A stretch of DNA of 64,000 nucleotides, from positions 672,001-736,000 of the forward strand of contig CAVUQO010000003.1 of NCBI GenBank assembly GCA_963743635.1. Reading direction: 5' to 3'. Of the stretch, positions 10,721-21,656 are shown one piece after another. The notes beneath the pieces were generated by a model, which saw nothing but the letters and a program-made list of their open reading frames with translations, ran no database searches and was not told where the DNA came from. Numbering within the stretch: the first letter of the stretch is position 1; the number at the start of each line of letters is the position of its first letter. The translations under genes and the position numbers were made by a program. The DNA is from Candidatus Babeliales bacterium (GTDB lineage Bacteria; Babelota; Babeliae; Babelales; Vermiphilaceae).

Positions 10721-11416
10721 ATGGCACTTAATGCATTGAAAAAAATTGATAACGCATTGTTAAGTTTTTTTGAAATTAACGCAACCTCAAAGGCACGGCA
10801 ATATATTCGCGTATTGAGTTATGGTGGTATCTTAGCCATTCTCTTGGCTCTTTTTTATTGGGTATATAGTACCTACTCAACTGGCCGTGAACAAAATGCT
10901 CAACGTGCTTTGGCATCATGCATCGAACTCTATGAACAAGCAGCAGAATCTCAGGCTCAATGGCCTTCCGTTGTAGCAGCATGCGAAGTTGGCTATCAAG
11001 AATATCGACGATCTTCGTTAGCTCCTTACTTTTTATCCTATCAAGCGGAGGCACTCATCAAACAAAGTAAAACAGATGATGCTATTAAGGTTATGACCTT
11101 GATGGTTGGTTCCATGTTCAAAACTTATCCTTTGTATTATATCTACTCAACCAAACTTGCATTGTTGCAAATGGATAGTACAGAAAGCGCGGTGCACGCT
11201 GCAGGGCTTAAACGGCTTGAGGAATTAGCAGCTGATAACAAAAATGAGCAGCGCGACGAAGCACTTTACTATGTAGGTCTCTATAACTGGCAACATAATG
11301 ATATGGCCAAAGCAAAAGAGGCGTGGAAACAATTGGCAAATCTTCCTTCCAAAAATCAAGATCAAGCTTCACCATGGATGCAGCTCGTTGCAGAACGTCT
11401 TCAGTTCTTAGTCTAA
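10721..11416 (+). CDS. Membrane-anchored tetratricopeptide-like protein (YfgM-like)
   Basis: Single N-terminal TM helix followed by Ala/Leu helical repeats (EALYYVG...AKEAWKQL). Confidence 0.6.
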   Translation: MALNALKKIDNALLSFFEINATSKARQYIRVLSYGGILAILLALFYWVYSTYSTGREQNAQRALASCIELYEQAAESQAQWPSVVAACEVGYQEYRRSSLAPYFLSYQAEALIKQSKTDDAIKVMTLMVGSMFKTYPLYYIYSTKLALLQMDSTESAVHAAGLKRLEELAADNKNEQRDEALYYVGLYNWQHNDMAKAKEAWKQLANLPSKNQDQASPWMQLVAERLQFLV

Positions 11417-11436
11417 TAATTTTTAGGTAGTACTTC

Positions 11437-12864
11437 ATGAGTATGAAATCAATTCGGGTGCGTTTTGCACCATCACCCACCGGTCATTTGCATATTGGTG
11501 GTTTGCGCGCAGCGCTTTTTAACTGGCTCTATGCACGCCACAATGGCGGCAAGTTTCTGATCAGAATAGAAGACACTGATCTTGAGCGTTCCAAACCCGA
11601 ATATACTGAATCCATTCTTGCATCATTCGCATGGTGCGACATTCAATCAGATGAGCCAATCGTTATTCAATCGCAGCGTATCGCTGAACACGTTGATATC
11701 ATTGAACAATTAATAAAAAATAAAAAAGCATATTACTGTTATTGTACGCAGGCTGAAGTTACTACACGCCATGGCGTTGAACCTGAAGATCCTTACACCG
11801 CGGTAAAGTATGATGGCAGATGCCGCAATCGCATTCCTACTCCAGATGATGAAAAAAAGCCCTATGCAGTTCGTTTTGCATTGCCGCAGGACCGCACTAC
11901 CATTTCGTTTCATGATTTGATTCGCGGTACTGTTACGTTTGATATGGATCAGTTTGACGATTTTATTATTGCACGCAGTGATGGTACGCCAATGTATAAT
12001 TTCGTGGTGGTTGTTGATGACCATCATATGGAAATTTCACACGTTATTCGTGGTGAAGATCACATTTCAAACACACCAAAACAAATCTTTCTTTATGAGG
12101 CATGCGGTTTTCCCGTGCCACAATTTGCCCATTTGCCGCTTATTCTCGGGCCAGAAGGCAACCGATTAAGTAAGCGTGATGCGGCAACCTCTGTGCTTGA
12201 ATATAGACTCAATGGGTATCTACCAGATGCATTGCTGAACTATTTGGTTCGTCTTGGTTGGGCGCATGGCGATCAGGAAGTTTTCACGCGTGAGGAATTA
12301 ATTTCTTTCTTTACGCTTGAGGCAGTGGGTAAAAAAGGTTCTATTTTTGATCAAGCAAAACTTGATTGGATGAATAGTGTTTATATTCGCGCTAGAACTC
12401 CACAATCACTTCTTTCTTATATCCATGATCATATGGATCCTGCATTTTCTTCTACCTGCCCAAACTGGGATGAGGAAAAGCTCTGTGCTGCGATCGCAGC
12501 ATATCAAGATCGCGTTGCAACCGTACGCGAATTGATCCAGGAAGTGCGTTTGCTGTATGCCGGGCCATTTGAATACAGTGATGAAGATTGTGCCGCATGG
12601 TGTTCAACTACTGAGCAAAAAAGAAGCATTGAGGCATTGCGCGTTGCGTGCGAAGGCATGAGCGAATGGTCAAAAGATGCGGTGTCTCATGAGTTGAAAG
12701 CGCTCGCTAAGCAGCATGATCTTAAATTGGTTGCACTTGCCCAGCCACTCCGGTTAGCATTAATTGGTAAAACAGCAGGGCCTGGAGTTTTTGATATGGC
12801 AGCCTTGGTTGGCCAACAAGAAACAGTACAACGACTTGCACGGCTTTGCTCATATAAATCATAA
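11437..12864 (+). CDS. gltX: Glutamate--tRNA ligase
   Basis: RVRFAPSPTGHLHIGG (HIGH motif), RIEDTD, HVIRGEDH, RLSKR (KMSKS motif). Confidence 0.97.
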   Translation: MSMKSIRVRFAPSPTGHLHIGGLRAALFNWLYARHNGGKFLIRIEDTDLERSKPEYTESILASFAWCDIQSDEPIVIQSQRIAEHVDIIEQLIKNKKAYYCYCTQAEVTTRHGVEPEDPYTAVKYDGRCRNRIPTPDDEKKPYAVRFALPQDRTTISFHDLIRGTVTFDMDQFDDFIIARSDGTPMYNFVVVVDDHHMEISHVIRGEDHISNTPKQIFLYEACGFPVPQFAHLPLILGPEGNRLSKRDAATSVLEYRLNGYLPDALLNYLVRLGWAHGDQEVFTREELISFFTLEAVGKKGSIFDQAKLDWMNSVYIRARTPQSLLSYIHDHMDPAFSSTCPNWDEEKLCAAIAAYQDRVATVRELIQEVRLLYAGPFEYSDEDCAAWCSTTEQKRSIEALRVACEGMSEWSKDAVSHELKALAKQHDLKLVALAQPLRLALIGKTAGPGVFDMAALVGQQETVQRLARLCSYKS

Positions 12865-12883
12865 TTACCTAATTGGGGAACAT

Positions 12884-13861
12884 ATGAAAATTGGCATGCT
12901 TTTTCCGGGATACGGAAGTCAGTTCGTAGGTATGGGGAAGGAATTATATGATGATTCGCGCATTATGCAGGAATATTTTGAAGAAGCCGCAAATTGTTTA
13001 CCAATCAATTTCGTAAAATTATGCTTTGCTTCATCAGAAACTGAAATTGGGCATATGAGTCATGCATATCCCGCTTTGTTTTTGGTGAGCACGTTCTATT
13101 TATTCGATTCTTAAAGAAGAAGGAATCACTCCCGATTTTGTTGCAGGCTATGATACGGGCGTGTATGCCGCATTATTTGCAGGAGGCGGATTGAGCTTGC
13201 CTGATGGTCTTTACTTGCTGAATAAATATGCCCTATTGTATCAAGAAATGCTTGATGCGAGTGCTGTCCGATTTACGGGACTTCGCTTAATTGGATGTAA
13301 TACCGAAGATATTGAAATACTCGTTCGCGAGGCAACGACGCGCAGTAAATATGCACGTATTGGCATTTATGAATCACCACAACAAAATATTGTAACTGGT
13401 CATGAAGAAGCAGTGGGTGAGATTAGCGAATGCATTTTGGCTGGCAGAGAATGTAAAAGTTATGATGTGGGTATTGAGCGTGGATTGCATTCATCATTTA
13501 TGGATCCGGTTGCAGATGCAATTAAAGCCATATTTTGAAAAAGTTGATTTCAAAGATTTATCGATTCCGCTCTACACGAGCAATGATGTGGTGCCGATCA
13601 GTCAGGCGCAGGATCTTAAGGATCATATATTGCGCTATATGAGCGCGCCCGTATTATTAGTGCGCATTATTGAGCATATGGTTGAAACGGTTGACGTCAT
13701 CGTAGAGGTTGGACCCGGATCGGTGTTATCAACGCTAGTTAAAGAACGTTATCCTGATAAACCATGTATTGCGATAAATACATGATGAAGATATTGCAAC
13801 ACTTAAAGAAATGATATCACAAAACGAATCTACTCTAAACGACGAAACGGAGAACCGCTAA
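12884..13861 (+). CDS. fabD: FabD-like (malonyl-CoA:ACP transacylase fold) protein with a degenerate active site; frameshifted in this assembly
   Basis: LFPGYGSQFVGMGKELY, PDFVAGYDTG where GHSxG is expected, GLHSSFM, VEVGPGSVL; directly upstream of acpP; about 3 indels. Confidence 0.8.
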
Positions 13862-13862
13862 T

Positions 13863-14115
13863 ATGGCTTCATTTGATAGAAATGATACCTTACAAAAAAT
13901 TGTTAATCTCATGGTAACAGAACTCAAAATTGATCCAGCATGATGTGAAAGTTAATGTTTCATTCCAAGATCTCGGCGTTGATTCACTTGATATGGTGCA
14001 AATCATTATGAAGTGTGAAGAGCAGTTTGGTATTGAAATTCCTGATGAAATGGCTGAAAAATTTCACACCATTAATGATGTAGTTGAGTACATCAATGAA
14101 CGACGCACTAAGTAA
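13863..14115 (+). CDS. acpP: Acyl carrier protein (one indel near 13940)
   Basis: DLGVDSLDMVQIIMKCEEQFGIEIPDE with the phosphopantetheine Ser; N-terminal MASFDRNDTLQKIVNL lies in the adjacent frame. Confidence 0.9.
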
Positions 14116-14334
14116 CCCTGCGTGACGGCCTGACGGCACTCCTCAGGATGAGCGGATAAAATTTTTTATGATATTTTCTGCTGAATATGTTTATATTCAT
14201 TTCATTCTGAGTAGCGCGCACCTGCGTAGGTCGATGTAAAAAATAAAAAAGGCATTCGCATAAAGCGCATGCCTTTTTTTATAATATATTATTTCATTTC
14301 ATCCTGAGGAGTGCCGTCAGGCCGTCACGAAGGG
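14116..14334. repeat. REP/REPIN-like inverted doublet, family 1, filling the whole acpP-P1 intergenic space
   Basis: 36-bp arms at 14116-14151 and 14299-14334 match at 35/36 positions as inverted repeats; each arm abuts a stop codon. Confidence 0.9.
14245..14280. terminator. Bidirectional intrinsic terminator
   Basis: AAAAAAGGCAT...ATGCCTTTTTTT between convergent acpP and P1. Confidence 0.7.
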
Positions 14335-15911
14335 CTAGTAAGCAAATCCGCCTTTTGCCCAGACTGCCCATAAAGAACGTGTATTTTTAAGCGGCGGTAA
14401 ATCAGAAGGACGGATGCCTTCAAATTCCACCTCTCCCCCAACACCAAAATATGGCTGCACATTATGCATAGGATCCCATGCATAATTGAGATGCGTGAAT
14501 ATTTTGTGCGTCATTTGGCTTGATGTTGCTGCAGACTGCGGATCAATCTCATTACAGGTCACAAACACGGGAGAATTTTGATCGGCAACAAACATTTGCG
14601 CTTCGAATGGATTTCCATGCAGCGTTGCGGTGCTTTGTGTAACTGAGCTCCAGCTGACTGGCATTCCTGCTTCAACGTTTTGAATGCCTTTGAGTCCAAT
14701 GTGAAGCCAGTTGGCAGGAACAATCATCCAATGATATGAGTTCTCTACTTTTGATCCATCCGTTATAACCGATATCAAATCCAAGATGTCGATGTTGATA
14801 GGCAAACATGAACACAATATCAAATTGTAGATTTGCATTCACATTACAATCAAGAGTGGTGGCATTAATAGTTGGTATTGTGGTGCCGTTATAGTTGCCA
14901 TTTTATCAAATCTTTTTGAAAGAATGTAGCGGCTTCCAAAAGAGGCAAGCGTGTTAAAGCATGGATTGCTATCAAAAAGATCAAATGAGCGTCGTTGAGT
15001 GTCGTTGAAGAAATAGGTTCCATTCATATCAACCTATAAGTTTATGCGTTCATCATCATCTCGTTCCCAAATTAAGGTGTGACTCGTAAAGCAAAGCCCG
15101 AGTTCCCAGAAATGGCCGTTACCAAAATGGGAGTGAAGAAATATTCAGGATTTGGTTTGTTGCCGGTTGGTACTGCGGTACGCAAATGAAATCCAACGTG
15201 ACTTTTTTCATGATTTACAATCAGACCGCCGAGCATAAGAATAAGATCGGAGGCGCCGGTTTGATGTCGTGGGCCATTGATAATGCCGATATTTGAGTGC
15301 TTGCACTTGACCATAACTTACGCCCGCGATTGCTTGATTAAAACTATTTGCGGGTGGTTGGACTGCGTCTACATCCATGTAGAGTGGTGGGAATGGTACG
15401 TTGCCCCCATCGCAAATGACTGTTTCATCAAGACATACTTTCCACGTTGTTGAACCAACGGGCAGAATGGCGCGGAAATAAAAATTGTGATAATCCAACG
15501 AACCAGTCAAAGGTGGCGAGTGTATATGAAATGCTAGGGCGTGGTGCGACTACGCTTTCAAATTTTGGTGAAAGCCCAAAATAATCGGCGAGCATATCAT
15601 TTTGACCACGATCTTCAACCAGACTGCCAGACACGGTAAACGCATCATAACCAAAGAAATATTGCGCTATGCGATTGCGTATTGTAGGTTTTTGCATATT
15701 CGGGTGTGATTGAGAAGTTCGTATAAAAACCTTTACGATCATGACGATATAAAAATTGGCGTGATCCAACAAGATCGCGCGCAGCATTGCATGATGATGA
15801 GCGAGGAACCATAATGGTTTTGCCATATAAGGTGAAATCATCGGTGTGCGTAGTATGCGCATAGAGTATGCCAACAATGATACTGGTAACGCGGATGGTG
15901 GTGAATTTCAT
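14335..15911 (-). CDS. P1: putative outer-membrane beta-barrel family paralog (multiple frameshifts)
   Basis: Fragments carry PRSSSCNAARDLVG, MLADYFGL, HKIFTHLNYAW, PYFGVGGEVEF and the terminal WAVWAKGGFAY; AAGGAG RBS. Confidence 0.75.
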
Positions 15912-15934
15912 AAGCTACTCCTTTATTATCCCTC

Positions 15935-15986
15935 ACCCATTCGCTATTTTTCTCTCCCAGATCGAAAAATCCTCAGGGTGAATGGG
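15935..15986. repeat. Degenerate family-1 REP arm
   Basis: ACCCATTCGCTA...CCTCAGGGTGAATGGG resembles the arm at 6492-6551. Confidence 0.6.
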
Positions 15987-16056
15987 GTTAGTATCAGTTG
16001 CATGGAGCATACTACAGCTTTGCATGTATTAGCTAGAGTGTGCGTTCGATTGAGTA

Positions 16057-17883
16057 TTATTCAAAGGAGAATCCGCCTTTTACCCAAACGCCCCATTGGC
16101 TGATTGATGATTCAAGACAATCATCAAGGATGCATGATGAAAGACAGTCTTTTTTATTGTCTGATATGGAAGTGCATTTTCCGATTTCATATTCACCGCC
16201 AATGCCTAAAAAGAAGGTATAAGTATCATTGTAGTGCCAGTTGTAACTTACATGCGTGAATAACTTATCTGATAATCCTTGTGTGCTACTCAGATCGATA
16301 CTATCAAGGCTTAAAAAGGAGAGGGTTCCTGAAGTATATATTTGTTTGTTATTAATTGCATTTGCTGGAAGAGCCTCACCGCCATCGAATGATGCTTCTG
16401 CTAATATCCGATTATCGACTCCCGCAGTTTTGGAATGAACTGAACACCATCAACGCCGATCGGATAATTATTGGTCCCCGATCGAATTGTTGCTTTGCGT
16501 TCTATTGCTGCAAGTCGAACGGTAGCTTCCGGTTCTGGATGGATCTTTCAACGAAGCCAAAAACATATGCATCTCCTTTGAGCGCCCAAGAATTGCCATC
16601 AAGCCCGGGTGGTTGGCAGCGATCTTTCAAGCGTACATTTTCACATCCTCTAAACCAGTAAGTTATATCCAAAATCCCACGTAAAATTACGGGCGTAGCA
16701 TGATACGGCAAATACAGCATCCGCTTGAAAGTTTGATCCTGCAAATACATTGGCGCGTGGTAATATTTGCGATGGGAGAGAGTTCGTTTTGAAATTCAAA
16801 ATCTGACATTGGAATTCCCGGTTAATTGCGGTTGTTCGCGTGGTTACTGGCGAGACGTTGCGCGAGCATGTACTGACTATTTGGTTTATCAAATAAATCA
16901 AAACAGCGTATTTGCGATGTTTTGAACATGTAGGTGAGGTTTGCAAGTGCATGACCAGTCAGTTTTTTAGTTTGCAGATTCATTTTCCCAAAGCAAGACA
17001 TAAATGTTACCATTCGCGCCCAGTTCCCAATGGTGTCCATTGCCTACAATTGGTTGAAATACATATTCGCCATTAACGTGCGTGCCCGTTGGTATTACGA
17101 CACGCAATGCGATTCCCGCATGATACTCATCATCGCTTACTACATAACTTCCGATATTAATTTGAAGGTCTGCAATATGATGTGCCGTGATGCGGCGCGC
17201 AGTCATTGCTGATTTTGCCGCAGTCAAGTGGATTAAAGACTACCGATTGACCAAGATCTGGTGCGAATCCAGCAAAAAAAGTGCTTGCGTTGTTAAGCAA
17301 ATTGCTGCGATCAACTGCTGCCGGGGTCATATAGAGTGCGGTATAGTTATTAACCCCTGGATTGATGACCGTTTCATCAAAATTCAAGTTCCATTTTGTA
17401 TAGACATATGGTGCATGCACTTGCACGAAAACGATTATGACATTTCCATTTAAATGCTAAAAAAAGATCAAGATCAAGAATGAAGTTTTTTATTTTAGGA
17501 TCAACTGAAATGATACTCTGAAAATCAGTTGGTAATCCGAAATAATCGGCGAGCCAATCATGAGTATTACGTTGCGGGACTTGACTTCCTGAAATTCTAA
17601 TAAATTCCTCACAACTATTTTCAGGATGTTGTAAATCGGGCCCAAAGAGAAGTGATCCGATTGCGTCGCCATTGGTTGATTGCGTGTAGCTTGGTGCAAC
17701 AAAAAAACTGCCATGCCATTCTTCGACGCCATGTTTATACGTGTGTTGGTGCCATCCGGCGAATTCTCGAGCGAGATTGATTCCTTGGGAGCGAAAACCA
17801 AAATAAGGGCTGGTAATATTGGCGGCATGGGCACATGTGCCAGTGGTTAATATTATTGCCATCATTATATGATTGTGCTTCAT
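16057..17883 (-). CDS. P2: putative outer-membrane beta-barrel family paralog (multiple frameshifts)
   Basis: RSQGINLAREFAGW, WLADYFGLPTDF, GNGHHWELG, WALKGDAYV and terminal SQWGVWVKGGFSFE (stop at 16057); GGAGG RBS. Confidence 0.78.
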
Positions 17884-17961
17884 CGTCCTTCCTCCTTGGC
17901 GGCGCCTATGCAAATCTCTCCTTGAGCATTCTACTATAGGTGACTATGCAACTACAAGACA

Positions 17962-19926
17962 TTATCGATATGAGAGGCCAATCTTCAGCCAAAGACCCCA
18001 TTGGCTCATTGCGCAGTCGTGGCAACTTTGGATTCCGCAACATTTGTTTTTATAATTTTTCGGTCTTATTTTTGGTTTACATGCATCGTCCTCACAAGAG
18101 CCATGACTTCCAAATTCTAATTCAGCGCCAAAACCGCAATATGGGAACCAGTATGCTTCTTTTTCAATCTGTGTGTAGTTGACGTTCAGAAACAGTTTAT
18201 TTGAAATGCCTCGTGTACCAGCAAAATCGATCTGAGATTCTTTAATGTAGATCGGATCACTTGAACTGAATGCTTGTAATGCACCAGTGTTTGAGCGACT
18301 CAACACGGGAAGAAATATTCCATCATCTTCGGTGAATGCATACGCAGGGCTATCGGCTGCACTATTAGACGGTTGATCGACATTTCCCCTCGATCCACTG
18401 TGAATCGTTGCTTTGCTATCGGTTGCTGCAAGACGCACGGGAAGTCGATCAGTTGCGGGATTTGTGGCTGTAATAGTTCCTTCAAATCCTACTACGAATG
18501 CATCACCTTTGAGTGCCCAGCTATTTTCTGGAAAGATATCAGTACAGCATGGATCGGGACATATGGTTTCGCAACTTCTGCCCCAAAAGTTGTAACCGAT
18601 ATCTGCTTGAAATCCGCCTGATTGATATTCGAACATTAATGCAATATCAGCTTGCACGTTGATAGTTGAAGTTACCCGCATGCAGGTAATATTGGCAACT
18701 GGTGCAAACGCATTTTGGAATTCAACGCCCGCATTTGCATCACTTGGTTCATAGGCATCACTTGGAAGATAGGGATATGTAGGATTTGTTAATGAAGGGG
18801 TAAGACGCAGCGTTCCCAATTTTTCGGCGAGCATGTATCGGCTATTTGGTTTGCCACATAAATCAAAGGCGCGCATTTGGCGTGCTTTAAGCATATGGGT
18901 AATATATGCTTCCATATAAAAGCCATAACTTGTATTGGTTTCTTCATGAGTTATAAAAAGGAAGTGGCCAGTAATTTGTGCACCGACTTCCCAATGTTTG
19001 CCATTACCGATAATTGGTTCAAATACATATTCACCGCGTGGTCGCGTGCCGGTTGGTGCTGCAGCGAGAGCGCCGATGCCCAGATGATACGTTTCTTTTG
19101 CAAGAAAATTCCAACCAAGGATCATTTGTAGTTCACCAAAATTGTTAGTGACCATTGGCCCGCGGTTGCATTCATTATAGAACTTTGAGCATGATAATGC
19201 CTGCCATGCGAGTTGATTATAAGGCTCATTGCAGGGCATTGGTTGCCATGCAGGACCATCGGGTAATTGTGGTGCGTGTCCGGTAATATAGGCGGTGAAA
19301 TCGGTGTTCAACTGATTGCGCGTGATCGATGATTCGCCATTAAATGGATCATTGGGCATGCGATCTGCGCCGTACCATCCTTGAGGATATGGTTCAATAC
19401 CAAAATTTTCGATTATTTCATTGAAATGTAAGCGGCGACGGTTATGCACGAAAGGGCCTTGAAAGCGTAAATAAAGGCCATCATACCAATTATCAAGACC
19501 AACATAGAGTCCAAAATCAAGAATGAAATTTTCACTCGATGGATTGATTTCAAAGCAGCTCTGAAAATCCAGCGGCAAACCAAAATAGGGAGCAAACCAA
19601 TCTTTTGGGCCGCGATATGGATTGGAGATATCATATCCCGTTACATTGATGATCGATTTGCAACTATCGCATACGATATCATCGCCGAACAAACAACGCG
19701 CAATGTTTCCACCATTGAATGACTGCGTATATTCAGTGGTAACATTGAAACTAAAACTAAGTTCATCTTCCGAAGGGCGATTTATTTCACGATTCCAACC
19801 AACCATATGACGCGCAGCGTTTACCGCTTGTGAGCGGAAAGCAATATAAGGAGCTGGTTGTGCGAGGAATATTGGTGTGTGTGCGAGGATGCACCAAGCA
19901 AGAATAGTGCGATAAAGCGGCTGCAT
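17962..19926 (-). CDS. P3: putative outer-membrane beta-barrel family paralog
   Basis: Intact; signal peptide, RSQAVNAARHMVGW, GNGKHWEVG, GYNFWGRSCE, WALKGD, terminal WGLWLKIGLSYR. ATG 19926 follows AAGGAG. Confidence 0.85.
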   Translation of the reverse strand: MQPLYRTILAWCILAHTPIFLAQPAPYIAFRSQAVNAARHMVGWNREINRPSEDELSFSFNVTTEYTQSFNGGNIARCLFGDDIVCDSCKSIINVTGYDISNPYRGPKDWFAPYFGLPLDFQSCFEINPSSENFILDFGLYVGLDNWYDGLYLRFQGPFVHNRRRLHFNEIIENFGIEPYPQGWYGADRMPNDPFNGESSITRNQLNTDFTAYITGHAPQLPDGPAWQPMPCNEPYNQLAWQALSCSKFYNECNRGPMVTNNFGELQMILGWNFLAKETYHLGIGALAAAPTGTRPRGEYVFEPIIGNGKHWEVGAQITGHFLFITHEETNTSYGFYMEAYITHMLKARQMRAFDLCGKPNSRYMLAEKLGTLRLTPSLTNPTYPYLPSDAYEPSDANAGVEFQNAFAPVANITCMRVTSTINVQADIALMFEYQSGGFQADIGYNFWGRSCETICPDPCCTDIFPENSWALKGDAFVVGFEGTITATNPATDRLPVRLAATDSKATIHSGSRGNVDQPSNSAADSPAYAFTEDDGIFLPVLSRSNTGALQAFSSSDPIYIKESQIDFAGTRGISNKLFLNVNYTQIEKEAYWFPYCGFGAELEFGSHGSCEDDACKPKIRPKNYKNKCCGIQSCHDCAMSQWGLWLKIGLSYR

Positions 19927-20101
19927 ATTAATACTCCTTTTTTTGCGTATAGTTGCTTTAGCAGACAGACTACTATAAAGGGTTATCCTTTGGCTAGCCC
20001 TTTGGAATGGTTTGTGAGGCACGAGGAAACGTTTTTCTAGTAAATGTATTTTTCGATTGATATGTTCTTAAAAAATAGTTCCATAAAAAAAGGAGTTTCG
20101 C

Positions 20102-21631
20102 ATGAATAAATATTTCATATCGCTATTATTCATTTGTATGAGTGTACCTTTAAGTATGTATGCTAGTGATGATCATCAAACGGCGAATGTAGGGCTTGAG
20201 ACGTTGTTCGCTACGAAAGAAGTGTTATTGGACTCGGTGCGTAAAAAAGATAGTTGCAAAAAATTCTGCAATTTATGGATTCGCAATTGTTTGCGTGCGG
20301 CTGCGCTGAAAGTAGATGGTAATGTCCTAGTCGGTGGTGATGTAACCGTGAATGGTACCATTACTGCCAAGACCGCACCTGCGTGTATTTTTGAAGGTGG
20401 TAGCAATGGGCAAGTGTTGCTTGGGGTAACGAATGGCATTCCGGTATTTTCAACCCTGACTTCGCCCAATGACTCTGTTACGTTCTCGCCAGGGGCAGGA
20501 TCGTTAGGAATGAAGTTGAATCCATTCTATGGCAATATCGCACGCGTTGATCAAATATATGGTAATGATACCGGCCCTGATGCTGGATCGGTAAATGGCA
20601 AACCGTTTTTAACTCTCGGTGCCGCACTAACTCATGCAGGCGCATATGCCACCCCGACTACCCCGGTGGTCGTCTGGGTGTTTCCCGGTACCTATAATGA
20701 ATCAATTACCATTCCTAATAATGTAAGCCTTGTTGGACTATCCGCTGGGGGTGCTGCAGGGGTTGGCGGTGTTACGATTCAGCAAGTAAATGCTGCTACA
20801 ACGTTAGTAACTATGGGGCAGAATTCGTTCATTGAAAATGTGAATCTACAATTAACGGGTACAGCTTCCCTCACGGGCATTGCGATACCAACGGGGCCTG
20901 CCACTATTAAGTGTATCAAATTAAATGTAAGTAATGGGACACCCACCACTACATACGGAATTTTGGTTTCGGGGGATACCACAATAGATTCATCTATCAT
21001 CAACTCTAATGCATTTGGCATCTACGTTGACGCAGCCGTTTCTGGAACGATAAGCAATAGCATTGTGACGAGCAGTGGAGGTATTGCATTAGAAACCAAC
21101 AATGCAGGAGCATTATTCATTGCAAATGCATCAACTCTTAATGGAGCTACTGCAGATATATCACAAACTTTAGGTACGATAACGCTGGAAGATACTAGGC
21201 TTTTCAATTCAACGGCCAATGGCCTTAACTTTACGAGTACCATTTCACCTTCCACCCTCACGTGGGCCTCGACGGGAACTGTTTTGACAAATGCAAACCC
21301 GAACTATATGGTTCCAGGAACTGGAGCTGTCGCCACGACTACGGCAGCCGGTTTTGGGTATGTTATTCCGCAGCAATTAGTGGTTAGAAATTTGCAGGTA
21401 AAGGCACTGACGGGCCCAGGTGGAGTTACGACTACTTTTACGCTCTATAAAAATGGGGCGGCGATTCTCCCTGTTACACTGAGTGCTTCTATGACGGGTA
21501 CTGGTTCGCAAACTGTAGAAGATCTAACGCATAGCGTAACGTGCGCGCCCGGAGATGTTCTTTCGATGCAAATAGATAATCCTCTAACATCGACGCTTGC
21601 TAATGTAATGGTAGGCGTAGAGGTATATTAA
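20102..21631 (+). CDS. A1: secreted right-handed beta-helix (pectin-lyase-like) protein, putative adhesin
   Basis: Signal peptide; RVDQIYGND...GKPFLTLGAAL and VVVWVFPGTYNESITIPNNVSLVG resemble a beta-helix cap; T/S/G/N-rich coils; beta-sandwich-like C-terminus. Confidence 0.75.
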   Translation: MNKYFISLLFICMSVPLSMYASDDHQTANVGLETLFATKEVLLDSVRKKDSCKKFCNLWIRNCLRAAALKVDGNVLVGGDVTVNGTITAKTAPACIFEGGSNGQVLLGVTNGIPVFSTLTSPNDSVTFSPGAGSLGMKLNPFYGNIARVDQIYGNDTGPDAGSVNGKPFLTLGAALTHAGAYATPTTPVVVWVFPGTYNESITIPNNVSLVGLSAGGAAGVGGVTIQQVNAATTLVTMGQNSFIENVNLQLTGTASLTGIAIPTGPATIKCIKLNVSNGTPTTTYGILVSGDTTIDSSIINSNAFGIYVDAAVSGTISNSIVTSSGGIALETNNAGALFIANASTLNGATADISQTLGTITLEDTRLFNSTANGLNFTSTISPSTLTWASTGTVLTNANPNYMVPGTGAVATTTAAGFGYVIPQQLVVRNLQVKALTGPGGVTTTFTLYKNGAAILPVTLSASMTGTGSQTVEDLTHSVTCAPGDVLSMQIDNPLTSTLANVMVGVEVY

Positions 21632-21656
21632 TAGATAATTAAAAAAAGGAGTTGTA

